From the NCBI GenBank assembly GCA_032718475.1, contig JAUCBJ010000179.1:14625-78624 (forward strand): a stretch of 64,000 nt of DNA, written 5' to 3'. The first letter of the stretch is position 1. The number at the start of each line of letters is the position of its first letter. This DNA comes from Nemertoderma westbladi (lineage: Eukaryota > Animalia > Xenacoelomorpha). A program made the translations under genes and the position numbers. Shown piece by piece: positions 25,001-34,600 of the stretch. Below the pieces are notes generated by a model. It searched no databases, was not told where the DNA came from, and was given only the letters and a program-made list of their open reading frames with translations.

Positions 25001-25433
25001 ACTCGGGAACAGTCCTACTGGGCACAGGTATTTTAGTACTGTGCAAAGGGAATTTGGTAGTAGGTTTGGGAAGTACAGGTGTCTCTATCACCGAAGGGGT
25101 GTTTTCGAGAACAGGCCTAATTATTTCCGGTTCATCTACCATAGTAGGGAGTCTGCTTACGGTAACATTTCGGTCTGTGGGTTCTGTACTACCTACGGCT
25201 GTGCTAGCTAGTTGTCTTCCAACAGCTGGAGGCAAATCAGGCAACTTCCGACGGGGAGACGTTCTGTTACGCCTACTGAGACGAGATCTATTTCCTCCAC
25301 CTTCGGGATCTTTTATATCACCTTCATCGGAGGAGGCAAATCCCTGTCTTCTGATTTGTCTCCTCAAGTCTGCTTCTGCCACTGCCTCTGCCGCTTTTCT
25401 TTCCGCTTCTGCTGTTGCCATTGCCTCTGCCAC
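22035..25433 (-). CDS. BEL/Pao Gag-protease polyprotein (DUF1759-like capsid, Zn knuckles, aspartic protease, RNase H tail remnant), 1132 aa
   Basis: KFNGDEMKWLPF...EKLRYLIECLEG, CALCDGPH..C, CSNCLRRGH..C, CAKCGAKHHSLLH, ALLDSGS, AVRTRVGWYFTGP, QWRH...NLADIASRG...WLGGP...EEEWP. Confidence 0.9.
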   Translation of the reverse strand: MAEAMATAEAERKAAEAVAEADLRRQIRRQGFASSDEGDIKDPEGGGNRSRLSRRNRTSPRRKLPDLPPAVGRQLASTAVGSTEPTDRNVTVSRLPTMVDEPEIIRPVLENTPSVIETPVLPKPTTKFPLHSTKIPVPSRTVPESEPILDAERDDIKNLSPVVSRSPATTLATPASAVEWVAEGRREMGLLLEQLREHCLCSSQQVRELEETVKQFKGTVRESRLALQEVQQSIASECDKLVNLQRGIPTPPVTMRQPVRSEVYHAQGVSPTRIYTASEVETPPVTMCQPVRSEVYHAQGVSPTRVYTASEVETPIVNPIKGDYKPVGNDIPYRPDNNSRNLYTDNSIFNNTMAQESFTRQMARTEARQAVKEGEIVKFNGDEMKWLPFNEYYKDNIQNSVLSNGEKLRYLIECLEGSPKLMALKFIGHPDGLRQVWDTLNIRYGNKDNIAKYLYAKLVAPRKFFSNEIIEFSDEIQEICRQLDWLGKSHEYQSSMVIGAIVSTLPKGGVCTRWDKKVLYMMEQQRRSPTMADLMSFLDREVKLQLIKQSREKTSENQVSEKPVSRKRIIPVCYTDDGESQTSHEEDSGKDTARSYDDHKTLRDVSKYRPRTNDRRDKLTKTPPQSPKRIQVRKPEERTKVHNIAQVKVSNIKPKCALCDGPHRLRVCAEFLKKSLAGRRGVLWDKRLCSNCLRRGHQQRTCYYNARCAKCGAKHHSLLHTEFERNHPSQVSEPKSHVQFSDVNDTDQSSEWEGFYTDEFSDANESCYLINTAVYRALTYEKDNDTEFPSTSLDKQPSRKTPTSNIGIREFPVVQVRVHGPNKSYIVNALLDSGSTGTFIDKELAEDIFAGQPKFRTKLNMSGIMQVWKSTLMADYYIGALSTPQDKLGEQSIESVKMVAIKNFATTQVEPYDWDEDENIQHLGIPRFQTDYPGVQILIGQNAHEALETLEKRPAQPQPLQPYAVRTRVGWYFTGPSRRTLEERLPQDRILQVKAWEEESSEVDEATEGTTYSSDSDDINSNVDQWRHRPETINLADIASRGVTPQERIDTPGWLGGPDSLSKEEEEWPPRLAAAEIRQAKGAEEISRRPNRPAGRLGLPGRDRKLSGNHGRQDTLPTTTSLIRQISRDSIT

Positions 25434-26693
25434 CTTCCTTTCAAGACACTGTCCAAGTCTAATTTTGTTTGTACAGTTGAATGCCTACTGCTATATTACA
25501 GCTAAAGCAAGTCTAGTAATTCAGTAAGACTGTTGGCCTAGTACCGGCAATTAACTACAATATATTAGGATACCGGTATACACTTATAGTATATATAAGT
25601 ATTGCGGGCTAGGTTTGTTACAGAGTACCGGTATATAATTTCAGTACAAATATATACAAATATATATTAAGCCTATTATAGATACCGGTATATCAATTAT
25701 TTAGGATAGTTGAATTTCTGAAATTATAAGGTTACTTAGTTACTTGAGTTTACTCTATTACCGTTATTCAAGCAGTAGTCCAACTGATATTGAGACCTAA
25801 TTGTTGTATGATAGGCCTACTGGTTTATAAATCTTTTGAGTTGATTTATAATATATATATACCCTGATAAGGGGTTTGTTACAAGATTGAAATAGGTGTT
25901 ACTATTTCTGGGAAATATCACTACACAGAAGCTGTGCGCTTTCAGTGAAGTGCTACTTAGTGGACACTAAAACGAATAATTCTACTGGCCTAAGTTACTT
26001 ATCTACTAATTACGTAATATATGGTTGAGATTACAATCTCTAATAAACACACAAAACGGTACGTACAGATTTTTAGGGCAATTTTACAGGGAAACTACTA
26101 ACCAGTCTAACAAAGGGTTAGAACTTCTGGCTATTACAACGAACAGGATACTACGGTATTTGAAAATAATAAGTAGAAGTAAATACTGCGTTGTCTAGAT
26201 AGGAAAGTACCACCGCCTGACGACCTACAGCCGTATCGCTATAGGTACAACGTTATGTATCTACGGAGTGTTCCTACCTAGAAGTTAATTACCGCCGTCT
26301 ACCAGAACGAGCGTGCCTATTAACCACTTTACAACACAATAATGCCTACACTAATTACTTTCGGAAAGCACTGTACACTAAACCCTAAATTAGGTACAGG
26401 TACTTGTAAAAACAGATAACCAGTAGTTAAATATACTTGAACAGTTAAAAGAACCACAGCATCTGCTGGAGTGACCGGGGCACTGAGTCACCAGTCTTTA
26501 CCTACGCCAAGCAGCCCGTGTAGTACTGGGGTTAATTTAACTATAACGGTATGTATAACAAACACAATTACTGTAGGAATAAACTTGGGGACATGAATGT
26601 TGCGAGTAATCGCATAAACTCTGAATAATAAATATTACGCTACCCGTACAGAATACTCAAATAAAATACAAACCGGATGCTGACCAACTACCA

Positions 26694-27180
26694 TTAAGCC
26701 TAAATAAACCATAGGATGTGCAGATTCCGAAACTTGTTAGTGAGTATGCGTGCTAATAAGGTAGCGCGACTTATTCTTTATGGGGGTTGACCTTACAACT
26801 TACGAGTTGCCCCAACTTACTAACTGGCACCTATCAGACTCTCTACACACGCGGCAATCTCTTCAGACCCAACAACAGCTAGGCAACAATCCAGCCTACA
26901 AAATATCTAAATAATACTATTACGGTATCTGAACGGACTATACAGACAGTACAGTATAAACGCTGACGGACTACTATCAAGCCTAAATAACCACAGTATA
27001 TGCAGATTCCGAAACTTGTTAGTGAGTATGCGTGCTAATAAGGTAGCGCGGCTTATTCTTTATAGGGGTTGACCTTACAACTTACGAGTTGCCCCAACTT
27101 ACTAACTGGCACCTATCAGACTCTCTACACACGCTGTAATCTTCAAGCCTAACAACAGTCAGACAACAGTCCAGCCTACA
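26694..27180. repeat. Tandem duplicated block of about 283 bp in the element's 5' leader
   Basis: GCAGATTCCGAAACTTGTTAGTGAG...CTCTCTACACACGC occurs at about 26719 and 27002. Confidence 0.85.
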
Positions 27181-27363
27181 ATGACCTGAACAGTCTGAGC
27201 AGACTTACACGTCTTCAGCTCAATATTAACTTACTAGGAAATAAAACTGACAGAAATAAACCTAAGTAAAATCCCAATAAAAACCAGGCGTCCCCGATTT
27301 AGTATCAAGACCTACCGGTATACAATAATCAAAATCGAATAATACTAATGTACTTGCACAGCA

Positions 27364-27485
27364 GTACCGGTTATGACAGTTGGGCCTACGGACCTACGGT
27401 AGTAGTACCGGTTATGACAGTTGGGCCTACTGACCTACGGTAGTAGTACCGGTTATGACAGTTGGGCCTACTGACCTACTGGAGT
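27364..27485. repeat. 41-bp tandem repeat x3 in the element's 5' leader
   Basis: Unit GTACCGGTTATGACAGTTGGGCCTAC.GACCTACGGTAGTA. Confidence 0.9.
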
Positions 27486-27537
27486 GCCGGTATTTTCAAT
27501 CTTATTGCTTACCGCAAATAAGATCGATAGCTATTAT

Positions 27538-28823
27538 TGTACGCGCTTTTATAGACCTTCAGCAGTTTAACCTGCCGAAATTTATATGTCTTTATTGATA
27601 AACTGCCTTTTATAAGATGACAAGATTTAATACAAAAACAAACCAAAAACATTAGCCGAAGCCAGTCCATGCGCGTCCAAATGACCCGTTTATAACACCG
27701 GGAGACTGGATTCGTGGGCTTAAATTTATTTGCGGTCAAGCCTACTGTATTATTCGATTGATTACTAATATATAATCTCTGACAAATATTATTCACTTTC
27801 GGGAAATATTAGCAGTTCCTTTTAGGACGTGGCGCTCTACCTATGTAAACAGAGTTATGACTGATACTACACACAACGATATGGCTTAAATTTCAAGCAT
27901 AGGGCGCATTCTTTAGGAATGCTTTATTATCAGATCCAATCACTTTACAATCACGCACGCTACCGGTAACGCACAACACTGCTCACTGATATGCCGACAG
28001 TTACTGACTTTGATCAGGTATAAAGAGATATGCACTGGACTCAGGTAGTGTCTGTCAAACAACATTAGATTCACTACAAACACAATAATAAAGTCGCAAT
28101 TGTTGTACATAACCTTTCTCTCTAACCTGTAGTGTATCAAAGATATTGGGAAAATGTGGGTTGATTATTGATATTCTTCAACTAATAACATCCAATTATA
28201 CTGATACAAAATTACAAACAGTAAAAGCAGTATGACGGTAGGTTAAGATACAATTAGATTGCAAGTGCAAATGAGTCGAATTGAATTGAATTGAGTCGGA
28301 TCAAATTGGATCAAATGGAATTGATAATAGCTATGCTTTCTATAATTTAGCCTACTAATGTTCTTATAAAAAGGCAGAAACATTGCGTCATTCCAGCCGA
28401 TCTTCAGGCAGTATGGAACGACATAAACACTGAGTTTGGGAGCTGCTGTAGGTATCTCTTCAAGGAAAACGCAAATCACCCTGATTGGTTGTTAGACCAA
28501 AAACAAAGGAACCAGGAGTCCAATGAGAGCTCCCTCCACGTCATCATCCAGCTGGGAGATGTCGTAATCAGAATCCTTCCCTTGACATAGTGACAATGAA
28601 ATGCCGCATTGCGGGTTGTGTACCCTGCTACGTCCGCATAAAGCACACATTCAGAAGAATCTATTTTATGTCCGTTAAAAACACTTATACAGCACCCCGA
28701 GGGCTAGGGGATCCAATTATATCTGTAAACGCTTTTACAGCAGGTTTCAGAGTATTTCAGCGTATGGGGGAAAAACTGGATCGCGGGGCGAAGGACCAGT
28801 TGCATCCCACAGAAGCTTTTACA
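27538..28823 (-). repeat. 5' LTR
   Basis: Upstream of gag on the minus strand; TATA-like TATAAGAA at 28368-28361. Confidence 0.95.
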
Positions 28824-30849
28824 AATTGACACTGTTAGGGGGTGGGTCAATTTATGCAAATAGTTGTCGTCGTCGTCGTCGTCGTCGTTGTCGTCGTCGT
28901 CGTTGTCGTCGTTACGATTTTGACATGCTAATAACTTTGTCGGATTTAAAGCTGCCAAGTTGAAAATTTGTAGGTATCAATATGAGCAAAAGTTGAGATT
29001 TTTGAGAGACTTTCAGACACCATCAGTGCAATGGTCTCCCGCTAGAGGGCCACATGTCTAAACATTAAATGGCCACCCATTTCTTTGCTTTTAATCCGTT
29101 TAAGCTGAAACTTGGGAAGTATGTACTAGACCATTAGCTGTAAATTTCAAAGGAGGCTAATCTGTCTGCAGTTCTCCAGTCTGCCGCTAGAGGGCGAAAT
29201 GTCCCGAATGTGAAATTATTCTTCCATTTAGTTGTTTATGATCTGATTACGCTGAAACTTGTCATATATGTACTAGATGACATCCTGAGTCTTTGTGTGG
29301 ATTGTAATCGGTCCGAAGTTTTCCAGTCTCCCGCTAGAGGGCCACATGTCTAAACATTAAATGGCCACCCATTTCTTTGCTTTTAATCCGTTTAAGCTGA
29401 AACTTGGGAAGTATGTACTAGACCATTAGCTGTAAATTTCAAAGGAGGCTAATCTGTCTGCAGTTCTCCAGTCTGCCGCTAGAGGGCGAAATGTCCCGAA
29501 TGTGAAATTATTCTTCCATTTAGTTGTTTATGATCTGATTACGCTGAAACTTGTCATATATGTACTAGAAGACATCCTAAGTCTTTGTGTGGACAGTAAT
29601 CGGTCCGGAGTTTTCGAGTCTGCCGCTAGAGGGCGAAATGTAGGAAAGTGATAACCTTTGCGAATTCCTTGATCTTAATCTATTTAAGCTGAATTTTGGA
29701 ATATACAGTACCGGTATGTACTAGACCACATGCCTCGTCTTTGTGAGGAAGGTGATCGATCCGTAGTTCTTTAATATGCCGCTAGAGGGCTAAATGTATG
29801 AAAGTGAAAACCTTCCAACATTTCGTTATTTATGATCCGTCAATCGGAAACTTGGTAGATATGTAATAGACCATAGGATGTGGCTTTGTAGGGAAACTAA
29901 TCCTTCCTTCTTCAGTTACCCAGTCTCCCGCTAGAGGGTTAACGTTTTCCGGGAAAATCTTCTCCTATGTTTTTATAATCCTTTCGAGTTGATACTTAGC
30001 ATTAACTCATTTCACGTGCTGCGCGAAGGCCCCACTTCGTGTTTGTTATGTACTTGGCAAAGAATAGTAACCCGAAATACTCCCGGTATGCAGAGAGTAT
30101 TGGTATTCTTGCTCTTGTTCGTAATTCAGTTCCAGTGTAGTCCTTGATTCTTGCATTGTACACGGATCGTAAGCCGTAATTTTGTATTTTTTCGAGTTTG
30201 TATAACATTTCTTTGTGGCCGTGGACGTTATGTAAGGATAGCATAAGATAGCAACAATACTGATGATACGGCAGTACAAGTGATTTATAGAGATTTTGTT
30301 TCGTTTTTAGAGGTAGTTGACCCTTAATTTTCCTAAGGCATGATATTCCGAGAGACATTTTTTGGATGATGCGATTAATATGAGGTTTCCATTCGAGCTT
30401 GTTATCGAATTAATAGCAGTTAATTAGTTAAATTAAAATGAATTAAGTTGGTTAGGGTAAAAACAGCATTTTCAACATGGCTTAATGGAAATTAATTATT
30501 TGATAGTAGGATATAAATAATTATACTTAAAAATTATACAGCTGTAATCCCCATACTCCATTCCATTATAGTATTAATTAGTTCAAGTGATTTGCTTTAA
30601 GAAATGTGTATTTAATGGATCTAAACGTAAGTTATCAAAATGCATCTCGTCACTCTATACATCCAAGCATACTTGCTATTGCCTATTACTGTAGTTGGAA
30701 ACCAGTCCAATCATCTCGCCACTACTTGGCAACGGGTAATTACATCTATAGGGCCGAGGCAGGCGCTACAAGTGTACTTTCATTAATCCTCTGTGGTCCT
30801 TTGGGTTGGGGTGGTGTAGATTGAGAGGGCGGTTGAAGCAAGGGGGGAA

Positions 30850-31008
30850 CTTTCCTCTCTTCTTTGATTTATTCTTATCGGCGGTTTGGTTAAACTTCTT
30901 AATCATTTATTTAAATTTATTAAATACCGATTTTGGGATAGAATTGCTCAATTTTAATCTGTACCTGATAACTGAGCCTCGTGCTACGCGAAGGCCCCAC
31001 GAACGTGT
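30850..31008 (+). mobile_element. 3' end fragment of a Helentron-like element
   Basis: Ends CGTGCTACGCGAAGGCCCCACGAACGTGT; homologous to 1130-1265. Confidence 0.55.
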
Positions 31009-31633
31009 CCTTGAGTGTGTATTGTGTATAAATTATAGCCTTATAATGATGAATTACCAATTGAGCTTTCTGGCTATTACAGAACAAGAACTTTAGACTT
31101 TAATTTTTAATTTATGAAAATTTAATGTCTAACATCTTAGGGGCCCAAGTCATCCCCAGCGCGGTTAGTCCAAATGTCAAGACGCTACACATATCAAAGG
31201 CGTCCGGAGCCATCTACGTTTTTTTTGGAGGGGGTGGGAGCGAACACCTAAGCAACAAAAGAACACATGTACTACATAAGGTGCCCCCCCCCCCCCCCCC
31301 ACCCCTTGGGAGTCTCCTCCAATATGGATTAAAATGGTTTTGTTAGTATACTGTATGCATTGAAATTATACATTTATTAATATGAATGGGAGAATCTTTT
31401 AGGCTCGTTAAGCCAAGGAATGCCTGTTCACCACCATGGGTGATCTTCCACAGTAAACCCTTCCACTCTGTTTCCCAAGTTGCCTTGGTTCCCATTTATC
31501 AATATATATATTTAGTTAGTTCTAATGTTGTTTTTCATGGACAAATTTAAATTTCCCCCAATTTTTCAAATTTTTTTCTCAATAAAGACGTAGCATCTTT
31601 ATAAATTCTACTCCTGCGTCATTTTTAAATAAA

Positions 31634-34600
31634 TTCGACTGGTGTTGACCTTTCGTTAAACTACAGTAAAAAAGGTTTATCCGCCATATTTTTACGGACG
31701 TTTATTTCCATTTACGTGGGTCAGTCAAGCTCGATAAAATTAAATGGCGCTTCTTCTTGAGTATTTTAGAATTACTAACGGAGTCAAGGATCGGTGGCTT
31801 TACCTTCGCTGTCCTGTGTTATTTTTAACAAATTTAACGAAATTGATAATTTAGTTGCATCAATCTGGTATTGGCTGTCACATTGGTTCAAGTAACTTTG
31901 GGATTGTTATCTACGCAGGCAACATTGTCCTTCTTTGTCCCTCCATCTCGGGTCTTCATTATGGTTAATATGTTTTGATTTTGCCAGAAATAACAGAATA
32001 TAATTCAGCACCAACGTTGATCTTACAATGAGCAAAACAACTTGAGTTCCATTTGGTGCTAGATGGTTCCTTCCGAATTACCAGATCGTGCTCAATAATT
32101 GTGACAAACTTGCACGGGTAAAGGAAATGAAACAACTTGAGTTCCAATTGCTGCTAAATGGTTCCCTCCGAGTTACCAGATCGTGCTAAATAATGGTGAC
32201 AAACTTACACGGGTAAAGGAAATGAAACAACTTGAGTTCCAATTGCTGCTAAATGGTCACCTCCGAGTTACCAGAACGTGCTCAATAATGGTGACTAACT
32301 TACACGGGTAAAGGAAATGAAACAACTTGAATTCCAATTGCTGCTAAATGGTCACCTCCGAGTTACCAGAACATGCTCAAAAATAGAGACAAACTTACAC
32401 GGGTAAAGGAAATGAAACAACTTGAGTTCCAATTGCTGCTAAATGGTCACCTCCGAGTTACCAGATCGTGCTCAATAATGGAGACAAAATTACACGGGTA
32501 AAGGAAATGAAACAACTTGATTTCCAATTGCTACTAAATGGTCACCTCCGAGTTACCAGATCGTGCTCAATAATGGTGACAAACTTACACGGGTAAAGGA
32601 AATGAAACAACTTGAGTTCCAATTGCTGCTAAATGGTCACCTCCGAGATACCAGATCGTGCTCAATAATGGTGATAAACTTACACGGGTAAATGAAATGA
32701 AACAACTTGAGTTCCAATTGCTGCTAAATGGTCACCTCCGAGTTACCAGAACGTGCTCAAAAATAGAGACAAACTTACACGGGTAAAGGAAATGAAACAA
32801 CTTGAGTTCCAATTGCTGCTAAATGCTTCCCTCCGTGTTACCAGATCGTGCTCAATAATGGTGACAAACTTACACGGGTAAAGGAAATGAAACAACTTGT
32901 GTTCCAATTACTGCTAAATGGTCCCCTTCGAGTTACCAGATCGTATAATGGTGACAAACTTACACGGGTGAAGGAAATGAAACAACTTGTGTTCCAATTA
33001 CTGCTAAATGGTTCCCTCCGAGTTACCAGATCGTGCTCAATAATGATGACAAACTTACACGGGTAAAGGAAATGAAACAACTTGAGTTCCAATTGCTGCT
33101 AAATGGTCACCTCCGAGTTACCAGATCGTGCTCAATAATGGTGACAAACTTACACGGGTAAAGGAAATGAAACAACTTGAGTTCCAATTGCTGCTAAATG
33201 GTTCCCTCCGAGTTACCAGATCCTGCTCAATAATGGTAACAAACTTACACGGGTAAAGGAAATGAAACAACTTGAGTTACAATTGCTGCTAAATGGACAC
33301 CTCCGAGTTACCAGAACGTGCTCAATAATGGTTACAAACTTACACGGGTAAAGGAAATGAAACAACTTGAGTTACAATTGCTGCTAAATGGTCACCTCCG
33401 AGTTACCAGAACGTGCTCAATAATGGTGACAAAATTACACGGGTAAAGGAAATGAAACAACTTGAGTTCCAATTGCTGCTAAATGGTCACCTCCGAGTTA
33501 ACAGATCGTGCTCAATAATGGTGACAAACTTACACGGGTAAAGGAAATGAAACAACTTGAGTTCCAATTGCTGCTAAATGGTCACCTCCGAGTTACCAGA
33601 TCGTGCTCAATAATGGTGACAAACGTACACGGGTAAAGGAAATGAAACAACTTGAGTTCCAATTGCTGCTAAATGGTTCCCTCCGAGTTACCAGATCGTG
33701 CTCAATAATGGTGACAAACTTACACGGGTAAAGGAAATTAAACAACTTGAGTTCCAATTGCTGCTAAATTGTCACCTCCGAGTTACCAGATCGTGCTCAA
33801 CAATGGTGACAAACTTACACGGGTAAAGGAAATGAAACAACTTGAGTTCCAATTGCTGCTAAATGGTCACCTCCGAGTTACCAGATCGTGCTCAATAATG
33901 GTGACAAACTTACACGGGTAAAGGAAATGAAACAACTTGAGTTCCAATTGCTGATAAATGGTTCCCTCCGAGTTACCAGATCGTGCTCAATAATGGTGAC
34001 AAACTTACACGGGTAAAGGAAATGAAACAACTTGAGTTCCAATTGCTGCTAAATGGTTCCCTCCGAGTTACCAGATCGTGCTCAATAATGGTGATAAACT
34101 TACACGGGTAAAGGAAATGAAACAACTTGAGTTCCAATTGCTGCTAAATGGTCACCTCCGAGTTACCAGATCGTGCTCAATAATGATGACAAACGTACAC
34201 GGGTAAAGGAAATGAAACAACTTGAGTTCCAATGGCTGCTAAATGGTTCCCTCCGAGTTGCCAGATCGTGCTAAATAATGGTGACAAACTTACACGGGAA
34301 AAGGAAATTAAACAACTTGAGTTCCAATTGCTGCTAAATTGTCACCTCCGAGTTACCAGATCGTGCTCAATAATGGTGACAAATTTACACGGGTAAAGGA
34401 AATGAAACAACTTGATTTCCAATTGCTGCTAAATGGTTCGTTCCGAGTTACCAGAACGTGCCCAAAAATAGAGACAAACTTACACGGGTAAAGGAAATGA
34501 AACAACTTGAGTTCCAGTTGCTGCTAAATGGTTCCCTCCAAGTTACCAGATCGTGCTCAATAATGGTGACAAACTTACACGGGTAAAGGAAATGAAACAA

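Larger units (their letters stand above)
17738..28823 (-). mobile_element. Young non-autonomous BEL/Pao LTR retrotransposon (11.1 kb)
   Basis: Two 1286-bp LTRs (TGT...ACA); 5-bp TSD AATTG at 17733-17737 and 28824-28828; short purine tract GGGAGCGG before the 3' LTR; gag-protease ORF. Confidence 0.95.
17613..30042 (+). mobile_element. Helentron-like non-autonomous element, copy 2 (duplicated 5' end; split by the LTR element)
   Basis: 17613-17737 plus 28824-30042 are nearly identical to copy 1; the 5' segment restarts at about 17703. Confidence 0.75.
15651..30410 (-). mobile_element. 5'-truncated CR1/L2-group LINE in three pieces (30043-30410, 17438-17612, 15651-16164)
   Basis: Removing the insertions restores one frame: FDNKLEWKPHI...LYKSLVLPYHQYC...LEKIQN...KYIT/ISIPF...LPRTNNRFG...KLWNDLPHTIK/LVTNYSTFKGSLKKHFL...* (stop at 16089); AATAAA and (TAA)n tail near 15651-15670. 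Confidence 0.85.

Noticed and set aside
24670-25527. 285-aa plus-strand ORF (also 61865-62683)
   Set aside because: Antisense shadows of the gag/protease coding regions, with no recognisable motifs.
17738-28823. The 1.3-kb identical repeats as an assembly artefact
   Set aside because: TG..CA termini, a 5-bp TSD and a gag ORF between them show genuine LTRs.
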